Below are positions 1 to 19,503 of a DNA stretch of 64,000 nt, one piece after another. Positions within the stretch are counted from its first letter, which is position 1. Every line of letters starts with the position of its first letter. Origin of the DNA: Amoebidium appalachense. Taxonomy: Eukaryota; Protista; Ichthyosporea. The position numbers and the translations under genes were made by a program. The DNA is taken from assembly GCA_963693365.1 (NCBI GenBank), contig CAVNZM010000004.1:5830564-5894563 (forward strand), in the 5' to 3' direction. The notes beneath the pieces are model-generated. The model saw only the letters and a list, made by a program, of their open reading frames with translations. It was not told the DNA's origin and did not search any database.

Positions 1-590
1 TACACAGATATGCCTCCCCTTTCAACAGACACACACGTACAACAGCATCACAGACACACAGGTACTGCGGCCACGACCAGCATGATCACAACCACACACA
101 CACAGACACACTCACTCACTCACTCACTCACACACACACGCACGCACACACACACAAACACACACACACTCACCCACCCACCCACCCACACACTCACACT
201 CACCCACACACATTCACACACACACATATGCATACTCAACACTGCCACCAGCAAACACACACGTACCATTGATTACCTTCACCATTCATACACGCACACC
301 ACTTCTACACCTCACCACCAACACCGTACTTACCATACCACACCCAACTGCTTACACACACACATGACCACCGTTGCCAAACACACACCACCACCACCCC
401 ACCGCACACACACACGCCCGGACACAGCCAGCACTCTCACGCCACAGCAACCATCACACCACACACAAACACACAAACACACAAACATACAGCCACCAAT
501 ACACGGGCACAAGCACACGCTTACGATTACACACCCACCACCACGACCACACACACACACACCGAAAACTGCTATTGTATGGACCTACGT

Positions 591-632
<42 letters not shown>

Positions 633-1006
633 ACCCAACCCCCACCGCCACCAAGATCACCACCACCCCCATGGCGAGTGTGCTCGCATAAACACACGGA
701 CACATACACTAACACACAAGCATGCTCACATGCGTACACACATGCACACACATACTGCCACCATCACCACAGACCACCACACATGCACACATACACACAG
801 GCCCATACCACCGCCATCACATACCATGGCCACAACTCACAAACACAACCCCTCCCCCCACCCCACCCACCCACCCACCCATACACCCCCCAGCCACCCA
901 TCCATACCCCCCCCCCCACCCCCCCCTCCCCCCACTCGCCCGCCCATCCAGCCACCCACCCACCTCCCCCCCCCCCCCCCCCCCACCCCCCACCCCACGC
1001 ACGCAG

Positions 1007-2338
1007 GGCCACAGTGGAGGAGCTTGAGCGTCAGCTGCAGGCGCTGGGGCACGAGAATGAGCGGCTGGGGCAGCTGGTGCGCAGCAGCCAGAGCAGGGCC
1101 GACCGGCTGGCCCAGGAGCTGCACACGGAGAGGCAGCTGGGCCTGGGCCTGGCCACAAACCACCAAAACATGCAAGCACAGCTGCAGGCAAAGGACTCAC
1201 AGCTGGCTGACCTGCAGGTACAAAGGGGGGGTGGGGGGGGATGGGGAGGTTGGTGCTGACGGGCATGTGTGCAGGAGCAAGTGCGGGACCTGATGTTTGC
1301 GCTGGACATGCAGCAGAAGATCGAACAGGCTGGCCCATCGGCCCAGCAGGAGCTACGGGTAGGTCCTTTTGGGGGGGGGGGGGGGGGGGGGGGGGGCAGA
1401 TGCTGGTGTGGGCGTGTAGTTGTGTGGGTGTGTGCATGTATGTGCGTGGCCGTACAAGGGAACTCTATGTGTGTGTGAGCACTACGTGTGTTTCTGTGCA
1501 TATCTTTGAAGAAGTGCATGCAAGCAAGTGCACATGGACATAGGCCTGTTGGCACGTATTCATCTTTTTTTTGTGCTTGTGGGTGTGTGTGGGTGCATGT
1601 CGCGCGCACGCGGGCATGTGTGTCTGTGAAGTTTGGGTGCGAGTGTGTGCAGATGTTGTGTGTCCACTGTGCTCTTTGGATATAATGGGGGTAAATAATT
1701 ATGTGCAAATTGCCTGTGTGCAGATGTTGTGTGTCCACTGTGCTCTGTGGATATAACGGGGGTAAATAATTATCTGCAAATTGCCTGTGTGCAGATGTTG
1801 TGTCCACTGTGCTCTGTGGATATAACGGGGGTAAATAATTATCTGCAAATTGCCTGTGTGCAGATGTTGTGTGTCCACTGTGCTCTTTGGATATAATGGG
1901 GGTAAATAATTATCTGCAAATTGCCTGTATGCAGATGTTGTGTGTCCACTGTGCTCTGTGGATATAACGGGGGTAAATAATTATCTGCAAATTGCCTGTG
2001 TGCAGATGTTGTGTGTCCACTGTGCTCTTTGGATATAATGGTGGTAAATAATTATGTGCAAATTGCCTGTGTGCAGATGTTGTGTGTCCACTGTGCTCTT
2101 TGGATATAATGGGGGTAAATAATTATCTGCAAATTGCCTGTGTGCAGATGTTGTGTGTCCACTGTGCTCTTTGGATATATGGGGGTAAATAATTATGTGC
2201 AAATTGCCTGTGTGCAGATGTTGTGTGTCCACTGTGCTCTTTGGATATAATGGGGGGGAATAATTATGTGCAAATTGCCTGTGTGCAGCGACACATGCAT
2301 GTGAGTGTGCATATCGTTGTATGATAGAGTACGTGCAG

Positions 2339-2389
<51 letters not shown>

Positions 2390-2501
2390 CGTGCGTGCGT
2401 GCGTGCGTGCTGTGGAGAACCACTGACAAGGTTGGGTGCAGGAGGGCCAGTTGGTTGTACAGCCAGGAGCCGAACGAAAACCAAGGAGGAAAAAGAAGTA
2501 G
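1007..2501 (+). CDS. BRAP: BRCA1-associated protein (BRAP2/IMP/ETP1 family), last 3 exons; 5' part lies outside the window
   Basis: Exons 1007-1217, 1275-1358, 2442-2501, all GT-AG. Spliced product ...QLADLQ|EQVRDLMFALDMQQKIEQAGPSAQQELR|EGQLVVQPGAERKPRRKKK* resembles the BRAP C-terminal coiled coil (EQLRDVMFYLETQQKI...QEGQI) and basic tail. Confidence 0.85.
1645..2287. repeat. Intronic minisatellite, ~71-bp unit, ~9 copies
   Basis: Unit gtgtgcagatgttgtgtgtccactgtgctctttggatataatgggggtaaataattatgtgcaaattgcct, head-to-tail with few substitutions and no unique spacers. Confidence 0.95.
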
Positions 2502-2738
2502 CATGTTAGCCCACACAGTGGGATTTGAATATAATATGAATAAGGTTTGCCACACAGTAATAATACGAGTATAACATGAATAAGGTGCATTTTGGCCCAC
2601 ACAGTGGAATCTGTATGAGTATGGCACTGGCCACAAACGAAGGAAATCAGTAGCCTATTGGCGCCACACCGTGGCATATCACCATGCAGCATGGTGGGCC
2701 CACACCATGCCGCTAGTACTTTATGTATACTATTTGCA

Positions 2739-6473
<3,735 letters not shown>

Positions 6474-7033
6474 GGTGGCTGGCGCTGGCTGGCTTAGTGC
6501 TGTGTGCTTGGCCCACAGCGTACAAACAACAGACGTGAACGAACCGAGTCGCAGCTAACTGCAGACAGAGGTTATGATGCAAAACAATTTTGGCGCCATT
6601 CATCTGGTCTGAACAGGTGACGTCACATAGTCTGTTTGTCAACACTCTGACTGGTGACTTGGGCATAAGAACTCCAAGGCGGGCGAAGCGTTCTGTAGGC
6701 TAAAGAGTGGTGGGCAGACAACCAATCGGAAAGCAAGCTATTTTTAGAACACCCACTGAATATCCGCCAAATATAGCTATTTTGGGTGGCTCAGTCCCGC
6801 CGATCCTGCAGCAAACCCAATATAAGCCCAAAAAGGGTGACTGAGAGAACCTAACATCTCTCAGAGTTTGGTGCTGGCAGCATAGTACGACGACATAGGG
6901 TAGGCCTGCAGCTGGCGCGCAGCAACCCCTCAGATTTAGAGCACGTGACGTGACGCTGCTGAGAGAGCGGAGGCACTGTTTGTGACGGGCGCACGAGCAC
7001 GTCTGCTCTGCGCCCAGCGCAGGGCCAGGAAGA
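6474..7033. promoter_or_regulatory. Putative bidirectional promoter PDCL3/PHKG
   Basis: 560 bp between divergent ATGs, free of simple repeats; TGACGTCA 6618-6625, CCAAT 6722-6726, CACGTGACGTGAC from 6942. Confidence 0.65.
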
Positions 7034-8557
7034 ATGGGGGACGAACTGGAGAAGGAGGCGCCTATGCCCCCAAGGGAGGAGGCGGAGGAGTTCTATAGCC
7101 GCTACGAGCTAGGCGAGATTATTGGCCAGTAGGTGTTGTCAATGGTGTTTGTGAGACTGTGTGTGCGTGTGCGCGATTGTGTGGGTGTGGGTGTGTGGGG
7201 GTGGGGGTGTGGATTGCATTATGGTTACGAGGATGAGAACTAGCCATGTGGGTATGGGTGGGTGGACGGGGGTGTGGGAGGTTGTGTGTGTGGTTGTGTG
7301 TGTGGGGGAAGGTACAGGCACCAAGGCCACACTTCCGCGGTACGCGCGCGCGCATGTGTGTGTGCATGTGTCCGTGTGTGCGTACGCGTGGATGTGCGTG
7401 TGCGCGCACGCGCTGTGTGTGTGTGTGTGAAAGGGGGGGGAGAGGTGTCTGTGGGCATGTGGGTTTGTGGTTGTGTGTCTCTCTCCCTGTGTGTGTGTGC
7501 TCGTGCACATACGGTATGCGAACGTGTGGGTGTGGGTGTGGGTGTGTACCTTGGTGCTTCTGAAGAGGGAGACATGAAGCAGAGGTCGTTGGCTTTGAGG
7601 GGTGATGCTGATGGGCTGGTGCAGGGGTACGGCTGTAGTACGGCACTGCACACACATAGAGACGGGGCAGGAGTATGCGGTCAAGATTATCGACAAGACA
7701 GAAGATCCCGAGTCCACCAAACACGTCATAGCCGAGATAGACTTTCTCAAGAAGCTGGACTATCACCCCCACATAAGTACGCCTCTGTCCCGATACCAGC
7801 AAACGCTGAAGACCCTTCTCCCTTTTCACCTACACATACGTTCTATGCCCCACGAGCGTGCTTCTGCTCCTTCAAGCACATGCTCAGTACTCGCACGAAC
7901 ACAACAATATGCCCCCGTCCCCACACACACACCTCCCCCCTCCGTCCCCCCCCTTGCCGCACACACAAGAGGCAAGGGCCTTGTATTGACTGTGCGTGTT
8001 GCAGTTCGGCTCAACGACAGCTTCCAGACTGAGAGCCATTTTTTTCTTGTGTTTGAGCTGGCCCGCTGTGGTGAGCTGTTTGAGCTGCTGACTGAGAAGG
8101 TCTTTCTGCCCGAGGATGTGGCAAGGTTCGTGTAGGGGGGGGGGGGGGGGGGGGGGAGGGGGCAGGGCGGGGGGCGGAGGGGGGGGGGGGGGAGGGGGGG
8201 GGGCGGGGCGGGGGGCGGGGGGGGGAGAGGGAGGGGGAGGCGGGAGGGCGCTAACAGGGGCCCGTGCAGGAACTATATGAGGCAAATTTTTGCTGGAGTA
8301 CAACATATACACGCACACAAGATTGTGCATAGAGACCTGAAGGTGCGTGTTGGTCCTGCTGTGGTGGGCCTTGGTGTACGAGGAGCATTCATTCAAAAAT
8401 CATTTAGACGTGCTCCGTGGATGCTATGGTTTGGCAGTGGTAGGAAGTTGGTCGACTGCTTGTGTCCGGGCATGGAGGGGATAAGGGAGGTGAATGTGTG
8501 TGGAATATTGGGTGTGAGCACATAAACAGCCACACACACTCACACACGCGCGCGCGC

Positions 8558-8590
<33 letters not shown>

Positions 8591-10262
8591 TACACACGGC
8601 ACTTGTCTCCTAAGACAGCCAGGGCGGTAGCCCAGTCTGATTGCCAGCATGCCTGCTGGGCCCTACTGTTGGTGGGCACGGCAGGCTGCATGTGGGTGCT
8701 GTGTGGGTGCTGGCTGCGCCCGCCAATGTGGCACTCATGTGGGCTGGGCCTGCAGCTGGAAAATATTCTGATGATGGAGGAGGACACCCTCAAGATTTCA
8801 GACTTTGGTTTTGCCGCCTACGTACCTGAAAATGAGAATCTATACGGTTGGTGCCCTCCGCCCCCAGCGTCCTCCCCCCCCCCCCCCCCCCCCTCCGGCC
8901 CGGCCTCTGTTTGCCTAACATGCCAAAGTGACAGCCTCAGATAAAACTGTGCTGGTGTGTGTTTGTTGGTGGGCCACACTATGAGCATAGACCCTGCATG
9001 CATGATGGTGTATAGAGGTAGCCACCACCAGCACTAGGGGCTGGTGCCACCCTTTTCCTGGCTTCTTGCTGCACGTGCCTGTCTGGCCTGTGTGTGTGTG
9101 TGCCTGGCCTGATGTTGTGCCTGCAGAGCTCTGCGGCACCCCGGGCTACCTTGCGCCCGAGATGATCCGGTCGGCCATGCACAGGGGTGACGACACAGGC
9201 ACTAAGGGCTACCGCTACCGCGTGGACATGTGCGTGTGCACAGCCCCTGTCTGTGTCTGCCCTGTGTGCACAGCCCCTGTCTGTGTCTGCCCTGTGTGCA
9301 CAGCCCCTGTCTGTATCTCTCCTGTGTGCACAGCCCCTCCCTGTGTGCACAGCCCGTGTCTGTCTCTGCGATGTGTGTGCCCTATGTGCACAATTCGTGC
9401 CTGTGTGTGCGCTGTGTGCACAGCCCGTGGCTGTGTTTGCCCTGTGTGCACATGGTGGGGCGAGCCATGCAGTGCATACATGTGCTGACTTTGGTTGGGG
9501 TTTGCAGGTGGGCCTGCGGAGTGATCCTCTACACAATGTGAGTGCCCCGCGTCTTGCTGTGGCAGGGGGAGAGGGGAAGAAGAGCTGGGTTTGTGGGGGG
9601 GGCTGGCCTATGTATATGTGTGGCCAGGTTGGTGACAGTAGCAGTGAATGCACATTCAGTCGTCGTCCGATGGCGTAGTTTCTTGAGCTGTTGCTTTTTC
9701 GTTCTTTTTTTTGTTTGTTTTTTTTGGGGGGGGAGAGAGGGGGAGGGGGGAGGGTGGGGGGATGTGGCCCACGTGTGCATGTTTGTAGCACGATGTGCTG
9801 CATGGTGCCTTGTAGGGCAGGTGGCTGCAGGGTGGGGACTGACGTGGGTGCTGCTGCAGCCTGGTGGGGTTCCCGCCGTTCTGGAACAGCAACCGCATGG
9901 TGCTGATGCGCCTGATCATGCGCGGAAAGTTCGAGTTCCTGAGCCCATACTGGGACTCGGTACGTGTGTGGCCGTGTGTGTGTGTGTGTGCTTATGTGGG
10001 TATGGCATCTGCTTGCACGTGCGCTTGTTTGCGCATGGATTTGTGTGTATGTTTTTGTGTGTGTCCACATTCATGCTGCGCAATATGATACAGGGCTCAA
10101 CATGGTAAGCCGTGTTTTCTTATATTATCATGGATGGGATGACTTAACGTGCCGGCTGGATAGCAGCAGCACATTCTGTCTCGGTGTGGTGGTGTGGAAT
10201 ATGCCCGTGATGGGCACGATTGGGTGTTGAATACAGACATATGCACACTCTGTCCAATTGGA

Positions 10263-10359
<97 letters not shown>

Positions 10360-13069
10360 TGTGCCTTTGCCTGTGTGCATCCGTGTGTGTGTGTGTGTGT
10401 GCGCGCGCGCGCAGGCGCGCCTGTACCTGTGTGCATCCCATGTGTGTGTGTGTGTGTGTGTGCGTGTGTGTGTGCGTGTGTATGTGTGTGCGTGTGTGTG
10501 CACGCGCGCGCGCGCCTGCGCGTGCCTGCGCGTGCCTGCATGCATGCATGCATGTGTGTGTGTGTGTGTGTGTGTGGATAGACATCTATGTGTGCGTGAT
10601 TGTGTGCATGTGTGCATGTGTGTGGTGTGTGTTTGTGTGGGTGTGCTTTGTGACTACGTGCATGTGTATGCGTGTGTGTGTGTGTGTGTGTGTGTTTGTG
10701 TGTGTGCATACATGTGTTTTTATGTGTGGGTGTGTGCATGCATGTGTGGGTGAGTGTGAGTGCATCTGTGCCGTGGGCACTGGTGCCTTTCCCCCTCTGC
10801 ACATGCTGTGTGCCCTGTGTAATACCGCTAACTGTGTGTCCTGTGTAATACCGCTAACTGTGTGCCCTGTGTAACACCGCTAACTGTGTGCACTGTGTAA
10901 TACCGCTAACTGTGTGCCCTGTGTAATACTCCTAACTGTGTGCTCTGTGTAATACCGATAACTGTGTGCACTGTGTGGTGCCGCTAACTGTATGCACTGT
11001 GTGATGCCACTAAATGTGTGCCCTGTGTAACACCGCTAATTGTGTGCACTGTGTAATACCGCTAACTGTGTGCCCTGTGTAATACCGCTAACTGTGTGCA
11101 CTGTGTAATACCGCTAACTGTGTGCACTGTGTAATACCGCTAACTGTGTGCCCTGTGTAATACCGCTAACTGTGTGCCCTGTGTAACACCGCTAACTGTG
11201 TGCCCTGTGTAATACCGCTAACTGTGTGCCCTGTGTAACACCGCTAACTGTGTGCACTGTGTAACACCGCTAACTGTGTGCCCTGTGTGATGCTACTGCC
11301 TCCAGGTGAGTGATGAGGCCAAGGACCTAGTGGCCCGGCTGCTATCAGTCAACCCTGCACAGCGGCTGACAGCCAGTGAGGCCCTCATGCACCCGTGGAT
11401 GCAGCCCGTGGCCATGCAGATAGCCCCCCCGGGTGCTGCCCTGTTCCGCACCATGGTCTACGTCGTGCTGGCTGCAAACAGGTAGCCTGCCCCCTGCATG
11501 CCCTAACCCTGCCCTGTGCCTGCCCGCTGCATGCCCTAACCCTGCCCTGTGCCTGCCCCCTGCATGCCTTAACCCTGGCCCATGCATACCCTGTGCCTGC
11601 CCCTGCATGCTCTGCGCCTGCCCCGCTGCATGCTCTGTGCCTGCCCCGCTGCATGCTATGTGCCTGCCTGCATGCTATGTGCCTGTCCCGCTGCATGCCC
11701 TGTGCCTGCCCCCTGCATGCCCTGTGCCTGCCCCATGCATGCCCTGACCCTGCATGCACTGACCCTGCCCCTTCTAGGTTTCTGCGGCTGCTAGCAGCGT
11801 CTCGTGGCCGGCCCACACCCATGGCGCTAGACACTGCCGTTGTTGTGGCCCCAGCAGCAGCGGCAGCTGCCGCAGCTGCCGCAGCAGCAGCAGCAGCAGC
11901 AGTGGCCATGGCCGTGGATGCCCCCCAGGTGCCCCAGGCCATGCCCCGCCAGCCCACCCAGCCCCCATCAGCCCTGGCCCCCCAGCCCCAGCAGCAGGTA
12001 CCACCTCAGTGCAGATGTGCGCACTTGCTGGTTGCCTGGGTGTGGGCAGTGTGGGTGCACGCTGCACTGCATATGACCACCTTTATGCTGCACCCACGGG
12101 CCACGGCTTGGCTGTGCCTTGGTGGGCTGCACTGCATGCTATGCATGGTCGGCCGGCATGGGTGTGAAGGCACCAAGCCGCTTAACTATTAGCGGTTGGC
12201 TGGGGAACTGGGGGTGCAGGCTAAGACTGGTGGGTGCAGGAGTATGCGGGGCCAAGCAGCGTCACAGACAGCATGTATGCAGACTCCAGGGTGCGCAAGG
12301 CCATCGACGAGTGTGCCTTCCGGTGCGTATGCACACAGCAAATGCATGTGGTGGGGGGGGGGGGGGGGTCTATGCACACCACATATGCAAAGTGTTGGTG
12401 GGGGGTTTCTATGCACACCGAATATGCAGAGTGTTGGTGGGGGCTTTCTATGCACACCGAATATGCAGAGTGTTGGTGGGGGCTTTCTATGCACACCGAA
12501 TATGCAGAGTGTTGGTGGGGAGTGGGGAGGGTATATGCGTACAGCATATGCATAATGGGGTCCAGTGGGGGGGGGGGGGGGTCTATACACACAGCATGTG
12601 CACGATGATTGTGGGGTTCTGTTCACAGAGCATATGCATAGTGTGTGAGCCTGGGGGTGCCCTATTCACCACGGCATATGCATAGTGCGTGTCTGTGGGG
12701 GCTCTATTCACACATCATACACATAGCATGTCGCGACCTCAAGTAACTTAGTTTGTCATGGAGTAAGTACGATAGATCTGGACACCCAAACACGATAATT
12801 CACAGGGTGGCAAGTATGTGGTTTGACATGTACTCGCATTTACACTAATCGTTCTACGGGCAACACCTCCGGAGGTTCTGTATGGTTTTTAAGTAAATTG
12901 AGCGACGTCCACGGTATTTAGTTGTCTTTTTCCCGACACAACTTTCAATACCCATTGGGTAAATGGCAGCATGGCAGTGTTAAGTAACAAAGAATATACG
13001 ATGAATGTGTTTTACGTGTTGCCAAAGACGTCTCTAGGTCACGGTGTAGGAGGTGGGCAGTGATACCCC

Positions 13070-13124
<55 letters not shown>

Positions 13125-13313
13125 GGGGGGGAGGGGGGGGGGGGGGGGGGGATCGAAAATGCACATGGCAGTGGCACGGGTGTGGTGGTGTTTGTCCCAG
13201 GCTGACAGGCACCTGGGGGGGGTTTATTCAGCATCTACGGGCACTGGGTCAAGAAGAGCAACGCGCAGAACCGTGCGGCGCTGTTTGAGAACTACCTGAT
13301 CCGCCACATCTGA
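7034..13313 (+). CDS. PHKG: Phosphorylase b kinase gamma (catalytic) subunit, 12 exons
   Basis: Exons 7034-7128, 7625-7776, 8005-8125, 8270-8342, 8756-8846, 9127-9229, 9508-9537, 9860-9959, 11306-11481, 11778-11997, 12240-12322, 13232-13313. Kinase motifs [31 protein letters not shown]; PHKG-diagnostic tail [27 protein letters not shown]. Confidence 0.95.
10808..11290 (+). repeat. Intronic 26-bp minisatellite (~18 copies) containing the branch-point-like GCTAAC
   Basis: Unit tgtgtgccctgtgtaataccgctaac, ending just upstream of the PHKG exon 9 acceptor (AG ends at 11305). Confidence 0.93.
12370..12520. repeat. Intronic ~39-bp minisatellite, 4 copies
   Basis: Unit ctatgcacaccgaatatgcagagtgttggtgggggcttt. 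Confidence 0.9.
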
Positions 13314-13322
13314 TTGGCCCAT

Positions 13323-18294
<4,972 letters not shown>

Positions 18295-18860
18295 GTTGCA
18301 GGCTGTGTGCTGGAAAGAAACTGTGCCGAGAAAGTGGCCTTTTGTAGGCAAATTGTAGCCGGCCATGCAGACGGTCGGTGACAGTTCATGAATGTGCTGG
18401 TGCCAGCATCCAATCACCGCGCAGTGCATTGCGACTGTAACGCACCATATATGGTTAGTCCGCATGGATAAGCTGCATTTGATTGGCTATGAGCCTGAGT
18501 GCGTTATCTGCCAATCACATTCGTAATCGACGTCACCAACGGAACAGACTGAGCCACTGCCGCCTAAGCTTTTTCAACAGTCCGACTGTCCGTCTTTCTT
18601 ACTGAGGCGTTACCTGCCTGCTACGTGTGTGTATGTTTCAGCACGCGGAGGCGTTGCCTAGTAGCGCAGTTAGGCGAGGCAGACACAGACAGGCAGGGCT
18701 GGTGCCCCCTTCCAATTAGAGCATCGCCAAGGCGGTGTTGGTGTGTACAGCCACTAGCAGTGCTGCAAGGGGCCACACTGTACACCCCGACATAAGGCTG
18801 GGGCGAGGCAGTCAGGTGCAGCTGGGCCAGTAGAGGCCTTGCTGGCCGCCTGTTTGGGCT
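18295..18860. promoter_or_regulatory. Putative bidirectional promoter HIBCH/WDR13
   Basis: 566 bp between divergent ATGs; CCAATCA at 18410 and 18511, ATTGG at 18482, CRE-like CGACGTCA 18528-18535. Confidence 0.65.
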
Positions 18861-19327
18861 ATGGAGGGCCTGCTGGAACAGGTGCTGGACCAGGATGCAA
18901 GGTTTGGCGTGCAGCGCTCCGCACGGGGGGTGTCAAGTAAGTGCCTGTCTGTAGAGCCCTGCACGTTGGTAAGGGAATGTGCGCTCTGCCGCATCCTTGC
19001 CCTCTCCCTTCTGCCTCTGGTTTCTTTGTTCGAAAGAGTTTCCTACTGCACGGGCCTCTTGGGCTTTGCTCTTTGCTTTCGAACCCAAGCCCTTGAGGCC
19101 ATCACACACGCTATACATCTCTTTAACTCCGCTGTTCGCTCCTTTCCCTTTCTGTTCCTTTGCTTTTCTTTTCGCGCCTTTTTGTATGATTTCATCTATC
19201 CTCCTCCCCCTGCGGCCCACTCCCCTCACTTGCCCTACCACACTGACGTCTACCTGCAGACACCCTCTACATGCGGAGACGGGGCCAGCTCCTGCACGAG
19301 GCACTAGGCAAGGTGGGTGGCAGGTGG

Positions 19328-19411
<84 letters not shown>

Positions 19412-19451
19412 TGTATGTGCGTGTGTGTGTGTGTTTGTGTGTGCATGCATC

Positions 19452-19503
<52 letters not shown>

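Noticed and set aside
10-1006. Long His/Thr/Pro-rich ORFs and the many HTHT, CVCV, poly-P and poly-G ORFs across the track
   Set aside because: Translations of (CA)n, (TG)n and C/G runs lying inside introns of recognisable genes.
1645-2287. Regular repeat arrays as possible CRISPR (also 10808-11290, 13766-14108)
   Set aside because: Head-to-tail units without unique spacers, no cas genes, eukaryotic introns.
12729-13050. AT-richer intronic insert starting TGTCGCGACC, possible solo LTR or MITE
   Set aside because: Only a weak inverted match at the far end, no CA terminus or TSD found; may be a repeat but cannot be supported from this window.
7034-13313. Functional clustering of phosphorylase kinase with the CBM20-bearing chitin synthase
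   Set aside because: They are 43 kb apart with unrelated housekeeping genes between; no evidence beyond coincidence.
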